From: a virus | Lineage: Duplodnaviria > Caudoviricetes | Strand: one strand, 5' to 3' | DNA length: 42,290 bases | IMG/VR virus record: IMGVR_UViG_3300027969_000179 | Location: 1-42,290 of that record | Part shown: one piece after another, positions 28,701 to 36,781 of the stretch | Layout of the letters: the number at the start of each line of letters is the position of its first letter | How positions within the stretch are numbered: the first letter of the stretch is position 1 | Notes under the pieces: model-generated | Database searches by the model: none | The model's input: the letters and a program-made list of their open reading frames with translations, nothing else | Told to the model about the DNA's origin: nothing | Translations under genes and position numbers: made by a program

Positions 28701-30239
28701 GCTGCCACTTCTGCTATTGTTCAATCGATGGGTATTAAAAATCCATACATGTCTATGCTTGCATCTTTTGCAGTTAGCAAAGGATTAAGTTTTGTTGGAG
28801 GTAAAGCATTCGACATGCTTGCTGGCACAGAAATGGGTAAAAGCATTACTGGCGCATTCTCTGGTGCTGGAGACACAATTAAGAATATTTATGGAACATA
28901 TGCACCAACATGGGCTGGTGGATATGATGCCGCAACAATGGCCGACTTAGAATTAGGTCGAGCCATGACAGCAAATGCTGGCGGTACGGGCGCATCAGCA
29001 ACTTCATTCCTTGACGGATTTAACTTCATGGATGCATTGCCGTATGCAGGTGCTATTATAAAATTAGCACAAGGTGACATAAAAGGTGCGGCATTTACAG
29101 CCGCTGGCGTATACGCTGGTCAATTCATTGGTAATATGATTCTTCCTGGTATTGGAGGAGTTATTGGTGGGTTTCTGGGTGGAATTGTTGGTGGTTTATT
29201 TGGTGGCGGTGGCGGTGGTTACGTGCCTAATCCAACTGTTTGGCGTATTATTCGTGTCAGCGGCAATAATAATATTGCCTCAATTGTAGATTTACAAGCG
29301 CCGAAAGATAATCCACCTAAAGAATTTTTTGACCTTTGTGATAGTTTACTCAGAGTTGGATTTAATGCAACGAAAGCGGCCGAAGTTGAAACTAAAAAAC
29401 CGCCACCTTTTGATTTTATTATGTGTTCGATGAATGGTCCAGATGGTATTTTCTACAGTTTGAGAAAAGGTGATCCAACATCCGCTGATTGGAAGGCAAT
29501 AGCATTGGGCAAAGCAGATAAGACATTTTCTGCGGGTAAATCTGCTTCAGCAATTGTTAAACTTATTACAGATACATTTAAAGAAGCATATGCCGCTGAT
29601 ACAGTCGCTATTGATAAGGCATCCAAACTTCTGAATAGCAAATCTTATGCCACAGTATCAAAAGGTCTACTTAAAGAATTGAGTACTGGTACTAATAAAA
29701 TTGATGTTACAAAAGAGCAAGGCGTGTTTGGTGCTACTCCCGCACAAGATGCAATTATTATGGCTGGTCGAGCAAATGCGCCGCAAGCCGCAACATCAGA
29801 TGAATCCAGTTCAACGCCTCCAATGATTTATAGTATGAAAGAAGGCAAGTATGTTGAAGCACCATTTACAGAAAAAATGGTAGATGCTACTGATGAAAAT
29901 GGATATACGTATAAAATCAAACAAAAAGTGTACACACCTGATGCATTAATGATTGATAAAAATGGTAATGTAATATACGATAAAAACAAAAGTGGCGGTA
30001 TTGACTTAGCAGACATTGCAACTCCAACATTGGTAACAACCTCAGGAACTATTACTGGTGGTACAACTGTTGCAACAACCACTACAGGAACAGGAACAAC
30101 TGGTAACGTGAATGTTGTCACTAATGCAGATAACAGTCAGACAAACAATCAATCTGTTAATACATATTACACAAGTCTTTTAAGCAAATCTAGAAACGCT
30201 ATTAGAGATGCTAGTGTGAATACTGCATTGCCTGCATAA
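25701..30239 (+). CDS. Tape-measure/baseplate hub (gp29-position) protein with M23 metallopeptidase domain
   Basis: 1512 aa, Ala/Gly-rich helical with hydrophobic segments. M23 motifs HDGIDL (about 26721), YCHLS and GSTGHSTGPHLHF (about 26961). Last gene of the gp4-gp51 operon. Confidence 0.75.
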   Translation: MATIGNYGAALGDTLKQTAGGIVKGFGYGLKGAALSEMPGLVAGYGAFSALRKNANSIGQAKAALAQGSAQTPASSSSMAGGNPFAQMVHQLAQINANTATAANVAKASAKAEQYKMMFEEEKAREQAQQNQALIDAIKNSGMGGGGKAGEASAAASGGGLLTNILGNALGGMLGTVVMGALLGLKNKLKAFIAELVLSAALLFGGPGGKLGKLGGAAWAGAKIAGKVGARFIPYVGWALLAADVAEAGVAIAGAADKSAKKNANKPNAPMEYDAMGNATGVGPDTSEDTKKGNANSPKSVTAQTGANKTSGLLWRVPLTVPYRVSSEFKEKSALRGGREHDGIDLAVGMGNYVVAAADGILVQVSENKTAGIFAIIDHRNGMTSAYCHLSAGLTQKVGQNVKVGDVIGFVGSTGHSTGPHLHFSLKRGGSPVDPRTFIKFGEGNKETTPEAPAKAPSGAPQGDAKRGNFDPRKAQRVPGFAAQANKKLTDNAVTAYYKALKEGKSEEEAKAIATKVAGENPEAKSALEKVSAKATKVAGGGDSENGINGVSSAGDIVPLAVAKTSATPLIEMGDAGVAESMQNKTPVWVDAYLRKVAAKGYYTERETAKRTQEVIKELGGIKENTRITAKEVTKSRVTKSMFQSSEQLLSKVNKQFTDSLQRQLTKTISGTLMNALYPGGYKNVSQKTAQGQMYRGEQLNKLLGLTPQLTKLGTSVFGKQYGPAFGQIFSKAATGYMEVGARAVAKGIFGSMGAGMNDNAANVLGGQILGNLAKGTQQGKLTALEQIIYGVSGGQVALGPETIFAKYGFASPQDGINYMANVLGSSMMGPIDSAMGTTPLSMNNMDPRMRTMGMYGGYNGQVGGSPTGMPSAGTLQAAAQNNPYMQLNKDGMVVLKDNMPEQTKTIAEQLNVAKQSEIDSKQRFLDAEKGSEERAIAQKMVSESQYEQQILTNRLLASRATTGSGTNVSIGGGGGSGGFFSGGGPLAEVGNMALDLGKSAATSAIVQSMGIKNPYMSMLASFAVSKGLSFVGGKAFDMLAGTEMGKSITGAFSGAGDTIKNIYGTYAPTWAGGYDAATMADLELGRAMTANAGGTGASATSFLDGFNFMDALPYAGAIIKLAQGDIKGAAFTAAGVYAGQFIGNMILPGIGGVIGGFLGGIVGGLFGGGGGGYVPNPTVWRIIRVSGNNNIASIVDLQAPKDNPPKEFFDLCDSLLRVGFNATKAAEVETKKPPPFDFIMCSMNGPDGIFYSLRKGDPTSADWKAIALGKADKTFSAGKSASAIVKLITDTFKEAYAADTVAIDKASKLLNSKSYATVSKGLLKELSTGTNKIDVTKEQGVFGATPAQDAIIMAGRANAPQAATSDESSSTPPMIYSMKEGKYVEAPFTEKMVDATDENGYTYKIKQKVYTPDALMIDKNGNVIYDKNKSGGIDLADIATPTLVTTSGTITGGTTVATTTTGTGTTGNVNVVTNADNSQTNNQSVNTYYTSLLSKSRNAIRDASVNTALPA

Positions 30240-30268
30240 AAAAAGGGGAAGCATGTTACTGCTTCCCC
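30238..30268 (-). terminator. Rho-independent terminator downstream of gp32
   Basis: 9-bp stem GGGGAAGCA/TGCTTCCCC (30245-30268) with A7 at 30238-30244, which is a U-tract on the minus strand; lies between convergent genes. Confidence 0.85.
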
Positions 30269-30294
30269 AAAGTCACAAAGGAGATTACGAAATA

Positions 30295-31203
30295 TTAATC
30301 TTCAGCGAGTTTCTCAAAGTAACTCAAATCTTCATCTTCATCAAGTGAAGCAGTAGCAACTGTAGTCTTTGGCTTAGTTGGTGTCTCAGGTTTAGCTGAG
30401 GATGTTACGTTAGGTTTAGTGGAGTAATAATTGTCTCCAGCAGAACCATCTTCAAGCCCAAGCACTTTATTCAAACGTGCTTTCAATTCATCATAAGACT
30501 TAAAGTTCTTCTCACTCAAGAATTCAGACAAGCTAAACTCTTGCTTCCAGATACGTTCTAAGTCATCTTCATCGCCAGACAAAGGTGCTGGTGATTCAAA
30601 CTCAGACTTATCATAGTTCTGATAACCTTCTACTTTACGAATCTTCAACTTGAAGTTCGCACCTTCCCAAAGGTCGAATGGGTTGACAGGAGTTTCATCT
30701 TCAAACTCAGGATTCATCAAGTCATTCAACTTGTCAAAAATCTTCTTACCGAATTTGAACAATTTAACTGTTCCGTCATTGTCAGGGTTTGCAGGATCCT
30801 TGACAATATAAACGTTTGCGATATACTGCAACTTACGCTTTTGCTTACGTGCAATATCTTTGTTAGCATCTGAACCTGAGTTCCAAAGAATGCTATTGTG
30901 TTCAGACACAGGGTCTTTCTTGTTGAGTGTAGTCAACGAATTTTCAATGTACCATCCACCAGGACCTTGGAATGAATGATTGAAAACTTGAACCCAAGGT
31001 ACATCTTCGCCTGAGGGTGCGGGAAGAAAACGGATTGTTGCGAAACCGTTACCTGCTTTGTCTACTGTGGGTTTCCAGAAGCGGAGGTCTTCATAAGACT
31101 TCTTACCCTCTTCTTTATTGGTGAGTTTGGAAACTGCGTCTGTGAGTTTTTCCAAATCTTTGGTGCGTGACTTTTTCAAATCTGCGAATGATGCTGATGC
31201 CAT
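30295..31203 (-). CDS. gp32: Single-stranded DNA-binding protein gp32
   Basis: DLRFWKPTVDKAGNGFATIRFLPAP...HSFQGPGGWYIENSLTTL...GANFKLKIRKVEGYQNYDKSEF, acidic tail; true start MASASF at 31203 with AAGGA Shine-Dalgarno. Confidence 0.96.
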   Translation of the reverse strand: MASASFADLKKSRTKDLEKLTDAVSKLTNKEEGKKSYEDLRFWKPTVDKAGNGFATIRFLPAPSGEDVPWVQVFNHSFQGPGGWYIENSLTTLNKKDPVSEHNSILWNSGSDANKDIARKQKRKLQYIANVYIVKDPANPDNDGTVKLFKFGKKIFDKLNDLMNPEFEDETPVNPFDLWEGANFKLKIRKVEGYQNYDKSEFESPAPLSGDEDDLERIWKQEFSLSEFLSEKNFKSYDELKARLNKVLGLEDGSAGDNYYSTKPNVTSSAKPETPTKPKTTVATASLDEDEDLSYFEKLAED

Positions 31204-31280
31204 ATTAGTATTTCCTTGTATGTTAAGTATTAAATGTATGTTTTGCTTGTCCACTTTTATCATAATCTACTATAGTATAT

Positions 31281-31309
31281 AGTCTATCACAATTCTCTAT
31301 AGGTGTCAA
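31281..31309 (-). promoter_or_regulatory. Sigma70-type early/middle promoter for gp32
   Basis: Minus strand TTGACA (31309-31304), 17-nt spacer ending in TGTGA (extended -10), TAGACT (31286-31281). Confidence 0.7.
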
Positions 31310-31353
31310 TAGTCGGCAAACCTTACTAGGTTTACGCATTACTGCCGACACCA

Positions 31354-31950
31354 TTACGTCACTACTAATTCTCTGAGTGACTTTTTCATCTTTGCCGTAT
31401 CGTAATTTAAAAAGGGCTGGTACTTTTTGCATAGTTTGCTTACCTCTTTGTAGATTGGATCATGTATCATTGTATCATACCTTTTGACAAAATGCAATAG
31501 TGAATTTAATATTGCTAGAGTCTCCAGACTGATTTCTCCTCTTAAGTATTTCTTTATGATTGGTGGGTGGTCGCCACCTTTAGCATTAAAAAATTCATTC
31601 AGTTCGTTGGCGGACCAACCAGAGATAAAATCCATCTCATTCTTAAATACATACGTCAAAGATTCTTGCCTACGTTTCCATTCTTTGTAGCGTTCTTCAC
31701 ACTCTTCAGACAGAAGTTCTCCGACCCACATTTTGGTGTCGTGCATAAAATTAGAAACTAAAAACTCTTCTAAGTAAGCATCTTTACGATTGCCAAGTTT
31801 AGCAAAAAAGATTTTGTCTTTACGTTTCAAAAAAGAATCGTATGTGACATTGACTTTCTTATTATACTTGAACCAATCGTAACTGTCTAACGTAAAATGA
31901 TTTTTAATTCCTAAGTAAACTTTGTATGCGTCTATAGCATCCATCTTCAT
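31354..31950 (-). CDS. gp59: Helicase loader gp59
   Basis: AYKVYLGIKNHFT..YDWFKY.K...F.KRKDK.FFAKL...HPPIIKKYL...ISLET...KYQPFL; synteny gp33-gp59-gp32. Confidence 0.92.
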   Translation of the reverse strand: MKMDAIDAYKVYLGIKNHFTLDSYDWFKYNKKVNVTYDSFLKRKDKIFFAKLGNRKDAYLEEFLVSNFMHDTKMWVGELLSEECEERYKEWKRRQESLTYVFKNEMDFISGWSANELNEFFNAKGGDHPPIIKKYLRGEISLETLAILNSLLHFVKRYDTMIHDPIYKEVSKLCKKYQPFLNYDTAKMKKSLRELVVT

Positions 31951-32189
31951 CAATCATCCACCTCAATAGGCAATCTAGCTTTAGGTGCAATCATCTTTAA
32001 CTTCATTGCTTCACCCTCAATAGAAGACTTCATGCGTGGTGTAATTAAAGATGCCGCAGTCTCAACTTCAACGTTTTTGATTGTGCAATATTCTAAGATA
32101 GCATCAATCATTGTAATCGGAAACTTATCACGTTGAATCTGCTTAATCTCTGCCTCAAATTCTTTCTGAGTCAGAATCTTAAGATTCAT
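31950..32189 (-). CDS. gp33: Late transcription co-activator gp33
   Basis: F..EI......TMIDAILEYC....EVETAASLI...KSSIEGEA; likely start MNLK at 32189. Confidence 0.85.
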   Translation of the reverse strand: MNLKILTQKEFEAEIKQIQRDKFPITMIDAILEYCTIKNVEVETAASLITPRMKSSIEGEAMKLKMIAPKARLPIEVDD

Positions 32190-32370
32190 AGAAACGCACC
32201 GAGGTGATTCGACCATTTCGGAAATGTCCAAATTGTGTTAGAGTGACTGCTGGTTTAGCAGAACGAAACTTAGGATTAGTTACTTCAGCCTCAGACGCAT
32301 AGTAACCTGGAGGATAACCACCTTTACGTTGATACGTTTTCATTTCAATTTTTTTCTTCATAATATTCAT
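32179..32370 (-). CDS. Small basic hypothetical protein (63 aa)
   Basis: Start MNIMKK at 32370 preceded by AGGA; fills the gap between the hydrolase and gp33 and overlaps the gp33 start. Confidence 0.5.
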   Translation of the reverse strand: MNIMKKKIEMKTYQRKGGYPPGYYASEAEVTNPKFRSAKPAVTLTQFGHFRNGRITSVRFYES

Positions 32371-32380
32371 ATTGTAAGTC

Positions 32381-32890
32381 CTATGGTAAACGATAAAATA
32401 CGTGTCCTTCGATAGTCGCAACTTTTCTAACATTCTTAATCCAATCTGGTTTGATGTTAATCGCATGAAAGTGTGTAGCGCCTTCTAAGAGTTTAATTAT
32501 ATCACTACTCAGCTTGGAAGTCAATAGTAACTTAGCCGCTTCGTATGATTCTTTCCAACGTTGACTATTTGCTGGAGGTGTGTTTGCCGTCTTTGAATTG
32601 TACCATGAAAATTGTTGTGGTTCTGTTACAACATCACGGATGTTTTTGGGAAATCTTTTGTCATTAAGACGATTGAGGGTGACAGCACCTACTGCAATTT
32701 TACCAATGAATGGTTCACTACCTGCTTCATAATAGATGTTCATTGCCATCCAGTACAGGTCAGATTTGCTAGAGTTTTTTGGTGCCGATGATGATTCTGA
32801 TATTTCCTTTAGCGTTGGCAAATTTGCCGCTATTGTGTGTGTAGAAAATAAAGTTAATAGAAATACTACAGCCGCTATTAGTGCTTTCAT
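32381..32890 (-). CDS. Cell wall hydrolase, SleB/Hydrolase_2 family, with N-terminal signal peptide
   Basis: MAMNIYYEAGSE...GKIAVGAVTLNR...FP..I.DVV..P.QFSW...GATHFH...PDW...IEGHVFY; N-terminal MKALIAAVVFLLTLFSTHTIAA; ACTAAATA late-promoter-like site at 32936-32943. Confidence 0.88.
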   Translation of the reverse strand: MKALIAAVVFLLTLFSTHTIAANLPTLKEISESSSAPKNSSKSDLYWMAMNIYYEAGSEPFIGKIAVGAVTLNRLNDKRFPKNIRDVVTEPQQFSWYNSKTANTPPANSQRWKESYEAAKLLLTSKLSSDIIKLLEGATHFHAINIKPDWIKNVRKVATIEGHVFYRLP

Positions 32891-32957
32891 ATCTTTTTCC
32901 TTTCTTTGAAGCCCACAAGTGTTTAGTGGGTCTTTTATTTAGTATACGTGAATTATA

Positions 32958-33413
32958 CTATCTTTTTCTGAAATAGTCAATAGCGCCTACGTAATCAGAA
33001 CATATACCATAGATTGGTAGATTAAATGCGTATTCTAAACTAATTCCTTGATTCTCTGGCATAACACAAACACTCTTTGCCATGAGTGGTTGATTTGGAT
33101 ATGCCCATACTATACCATGGCTGGTTAGTGTATATGAATCTTCTTGATGCCAGAAATAATTCAATTGTGTGTCTGATAGCCACTCTAATGCTTCCCAGTT
33201 CTTAGCGTGAATCCATAGTCCTTTTTTGTGTAGAAACTCTGGATCAATTTCATATGTTGGATCATCGTGCCCCAAAAAGAATTTGTCATTAACAATTCTT
33301 AAATCAATCTCAGCATCAAATCCTTTATCTAACGCAGATTCAATTTGATATGGTGCATTTTCGTTTGTCTTGTCAGAACCAAACATCAATCCTCTATGTG
33401 CAATTAGCTTCAT
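32958..33413 (-). CDS. Minimal glycerophosphodiester phosphodiesterase (GDPD/PLC-like) domain protein
   Basis: MKLIAHRG...EN....IESAL..GFDAEIDL...LGHD...LWIHAKN...GICSDY. Confidence 0.7.
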   Translation of the reverse strand: MKLIAHRGLMFGSDKTNENAPYQIESALDKGFDAEIDLRIVNDKFFLGHDDPTYEIDPEFLHKKGLWIHAKNWEALEWLSDTQLNYFWHQEDSYTLTSHGIVWAYPNQPLMAKSVCVMPENQGISLEYAFNLPIYGICSDYVGAIDYFRKR

Positions 33414-33723
33414 ATTTGTCACTCGGTATGCTAGGCCATCGAATCACTATCAATTCAACGTCAGTTAAAAATTCTACAGCAGAAACTTCGTTCTTCTCAT
33501 ACGTCCACATATCACCTTCTTTGAGATGTTTACCTGACGCAATGAGTTCTCCTCGGACGATGTAATTCAATTCTGTTGTAACCTTATGAAAGTGTGGAAA
33601 TGTCTCCTCACCCTTCTTATGTTTATGGTGTCCAATCTCAAAGAATGGATTCTTAAACAAAGATGGATTGAAGTCACCAACAAACCATCCTTTTACATAA
33701 TCATTTATGTTCGATACATTCAT
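33394..33723 (-). CDS. Cupin-domain protein (sugar epimerase/isomerase-like)
   Basis: KGWFVGDFNPS...HFHKVTTELNYIVRG cupin metal motif; in the sugar cluster. Confidence 0.7.
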   Translation of the reverse strand: MNVSNINDYVKGWFVGDFNPSLFKNPFFEIGHHKHKKGEETFPHFHKVTTELNYIVRGELIASGKHLKEGDMWTYEKNEVSAVEFLTDVELIVIRWPSIPSDKYEANCT

Positions 33724-34874
33724 TCAAGTTCCTGAATTCGTAACTGGTGTCTTCCACCATCGAATGTATGTTGAAATCCTAATCTAACATACTCATGTAG
33801 ATTTTCTGTGTTTGCATTCATTGCAGGTATGGCAAAGAAGTTCGCACAGTTATGACGCATAGCCATTTCCATTGCATTGTAATCATAGATTAGTGCAGAG
33901 CGAATACCTTTGTATTTGTTAGCGCACATGTTGACGCCTTGTCCTGTTCTACAGAAACTAAACGCATAATCACAATCACCATCTTCAATGCCTTTGACTG
34001 CTTGACTGATAAAGTCTTTGTAATTGCAATCACGATTGACAACTGTACCATAGTCGATATATTTTTTACCAAGGCCTTTTAATACAGACTTAAATAATTC
34101 TTTTGCTTCATATCCAGAGTGGTCACAGCACAGCGCAAATGGTTTATCGCCAAAACGTTTGACAACATTCTTTTTATAGAAGTTAAATTCATCTGGTGTT
34201 CCAAACACATGCATCTTCTCTACTGGATGCGTAATGATTTTAAGCCCATCTTCAATCAGCAGATTGTACAATGGTGCAATATAGAATTCATTATTCGTGC
34301 GAATGTCATCGGCAATCATCTGTTTTGCATATCTGCAAAAATCAGAACCACGTTTGAAGCCATAGATGCCAACACATGCATCGGAACTAATTGCTTTCTT
34401 CTCAGCAGTTTCAGATACATAGTTATCACCATCACACTTAGCGTAACTGTAGTTTGCGCTATTTGATTTGAATGTCAGTAGAACACCATCAGCTAAAAGA
34501 TTACCCACAATCTTAGGATCAAACACTGGTCCAAACTCAATGTCTAATGTATGAATCACAAGCGGTGCATCATTGTCGATATACTCGGATGCATACAGAC
34601 AACTCTCAACTGAACCTCTAGTCAAGTGGTCTAGCACAACAACTTTAATGTCATCACCAAACTTCATGCGTAGAATTTCATCCATTCTGAAATTGTATAC
34701 GTGTTCGTCACGAATGATGAAAATTAAGTTACAGTCTTTTGTATCTAGGCAATCAAGCGAGATATCAATCAACTGTTTGTCTTTGATGTTAATCAATTGT
34801 TTAGGTACAGTAAAGCCTTCTTTCAGAAAACGGCTACCTAAGCCTGCCATAGGCACCAATACGTTTGTCTTCAT
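33720..34874 (-). CDS. Sugar nucleotidyltransferase fused to RpiB/LacAB sugar-phosphate isomerase
   Basis: N-terminal VPMAGLGSRF...PKQLI, EKKAIS, NNEFYIAPLYN, FGTPDE; C-terminal CDHSGYEAKE...DYG...CRTGQGVNMCANKYKGIRSAL...HNCAN...FDGGRHQLRI matches RpiB. Confidence 0.88.
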   Translation of the reverse strand: MKTNVLVPMAGLGSRFLKEGFTVPKQLINIKDKQLIDISLDCLDTKDCNLIFIIRDEHVYNFRMDEILRMKFGDDIKVVVLDHLTRGSVESCLYASEYIDNDAPLVIHTLDIEFGPVFDPKIVGNLLADGVLLTFKSNSANYSYAKCDGDNYVSETAEKKAISSDACVGIYGFKRGSDFCRYAKQMIADDIRTNNEFYIAPLYNLLIEDGLKIITHPVEKMHVFGTPDEFNFYKKNVVKRFGDKPFALCCDHSGYEAKELFKSVLKGLGKKYIDYGTVVNRDCNYKDFISQAVKGIEDGDCDYAFSFCRTGQGVNMCANKYKGIRSALIYDYNAMEMAMRHNCANFFAIPAMNANTENLHEYVRLGFQHTFDGGRHQLRIQELE

Positions 34875-35524
34875 ACTTTTTCTTTTAAATGATTTGTTGT
34901 TAAATTATGCGATAGCTTCATACACTCAAAATCTAATCGTGTGTTCAACTTTCCGTACATAAAGCAAGCGGCATAGAAGTCACCTGCACCCAATACGTTT
35001 GCACCTTTTATATATTGTTCTTCGCCTATGCTGAACGTTTCACCTTTGCTATTATAGCTTGTCATGGGTGAATGCGTAATGACTGTACCTTTGAATTCTT
35101 CAACATCTCTCAACAAATGCTTGTCTTCTTCAGAGACAAAGATATAGTTCAAATACTTATACGCTTCTTTGTTTATCTCTCTACCAGAACAGATATCGGA
35201 AAAGATTAAACCTGTCATATCTTTTAGAAAACTCAAATCGTCAATCTCATTAATATAAGCAATGTGACTAATCAATGCTGGTTGAACTCTAACGTCAACA
35301 CCAATTGCATTTAATTTAGATTCGTTTGTTCTCTGACTATTATCTTTATCAATTGTGATAGTCGATGTTCCGATATTAGATGGACAAACATAAATGTCTA
35401 ACGTTGGGTCCATGTTTTTCAATGCACGCCACACGTTGACAATACCACCAATGTCGTGTTTTGTTTTTGGGTTTTCTTTTATCGTATCAAATACTAGGTG
35501 CCCATACAATGCTATATCATACAT
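34871..35524 (-). CDS. PfkB/ribokinase-family carbohydrate kinase (short)
   Basis: LYGHLVFD N-terminus, IGGIVNV, C-terminal NVLGAGDFYAA PfkB signature. Confidence 0.75.
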   Translation of the reverse strand: MYDIALYGHLVFDTIKENPKTKHDIGGIVNVWRALKNMDPTLDIYVCPSNIGTSTITIDKDNSQRTNESKLNAIGVDVRVQPALISHIAYINEIDDLSFLKDMTGLIFSDICSGREINKEAYKYLNYIFVSEEDKHLLRDVEEFKGTVITHSPMTSYNSKGETFSIGEEQYIKGANVLGAGDFYAACFMYGKLNTRLDFECMKLSHNLTTNHLKEKV

Positions 35525-36060
35525 CAAAATTTTTCCTTTTCATCTAACGTATATACGTCATCTAAGTGTTCATCAAAATAATAATTAGGAAGCAATTCTC
35601 TTGATTGCAGTTCTTCAAATAAAGCCATAACAACATTCTCACCAGCACGTTGTGTTAACATCGAACAAACGTTTATCATTTCAACTGTTGCATCGCTAGG
35701 GCAAAATGCAAGTGCAACTGCGTTTGCAATTCGCACATCAAAGATATCATCACCAACATAAACAACTTCGTCAGGAGTTACACTAAAGTCGCTACATATC
35801 TCATCTAAGAAATCTACTTTGTCTGTGTGTGTGCCGTTGCTTCTGTTTAGATAGAATGGTAAGTTTCGATTGTTTGCAATGTTTGCATTGAAGCCATCAC
35901 CAGAAAGAAAAGCAACTTCAATGCCTAACGCACGAAATCGCTTGATTGCAGTCCAGTCTTTATCGCAAAATGTTTTAAGTCTGACGGTGCCTTCTTTGTC
36001 ATAGTATTTTCTACCATCTGTCATCACACCATCAATGTCAAGAAGAATAAGTTTAATCAT
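35524..36060 (-). CDS. HAD phosphatase, KdsC/YrbI-like
   Basis: LILLDIDGVMTDG..YY...G...KTF..KD, FLSG, K, YVGDDIFD, CPSDA; start MIKL at 36060. Confidence 0.85.
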   Translation of the reverse strand: MIKLILLDIDGVMTDGRKYYDKEGTVRLKTFCDKDWTAIKRFRALGIEVAFLSGDGFNANIANNRNLPFYLNRSNGTHTDKVDFLDEICSDFSVTPDEVVYVGDDIFDVRIANAVALAFCPSDATVEMINVCSMLTQRAGENVVMALFEELQSRELLPNYYFDEHLDDVYTLDEKEKF

Positions 36061-36061
36061 T

Positions 36062-36781
36062 TCAATTCGCCCAATACTCAGTATATGCTGTACCAACATG
36101 ATAGTGATATTCGTCCAATCCGTGTTTAGGCCATGACATGCTTACCCTAGGAAAAGGAACGAAAACTCTATCTCTAATTTTATAATCTTTTTGAAGTGCT
36201 TCGTGTCTTCTTTCGCCACGGTCAACTAAAAACGTGAGTGGATCGTTTATATGTTCCCATATAGATGGATCAAATCTCGCATAGTAATACTGTCCGATAT
36301 AAGTTTCTGCTCTTGTGTTATATGTATAATCTTGATTTGAGCCTCTTTCGATATCAAACGGAATATCAAACACTTTGACTACATCTTCTGTTCTACCCCA
36401 AAACACATGGTCTCTTGGGTGATATGGAAACGCTTTGTACATTCCCATAACAAATACTTTACCATCTTCTCGCTTATCGTTCTTCCAATACTCATACATC
36501 AACGGCATGTCTCTAATGAGTTGGTCTGTTCTCATCTTAATGCAATATTTACTTTGCACTAATGACAGTCCGTTCTTTGATGTATTGATTTGAAGATTAC
36601 GATTGCCTAGTCCTCTAGGCGAGACTAGTTCGTTGAAGATAACGTTTACGTCATCTGGTATGTGCGAGTTTTCGTATGTAGAAAGTATAATGTTTTCTAC
36701 GAATGGAAGTTTTCTATATTCTGCAATGATTGTTTTAGTGAAGTCGGTACATTCACCTTGCAATACAATGTCAAGTTTCAT
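36062..36781 (-). CDS. WavE-like LPS-synthesis/glycosyltransferase-fold protein
   Basis: DIVLQG...IILSTY...NRNLQINTSKNGL...YCIKMRTDQ...PYHPRDHVFWG; start MKLD at 36781. Confidence 0.65.
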   Translation of the reverse strand: MKLDIVLQGECTDFTKTIIAEYRKLPFVENIILSTYENSHIPDDVNVIFNELVSPRGLGNRNLQINTSKNGLSLVQSKYCIKMRTDQLIRDMPLMYEYWKNDKREDGKVFVMGMYKAFPYHPRDHVFWGRTEDVVKVFDIPFDIERGSNQDYTYNTRAETYIGQYYYARFDPSIWEHINDPLTFLVDRGERRHEALQKDYKIRDRVFVPFPRVSMSWPKHGLDEYHYHVGTAYTEYWAN

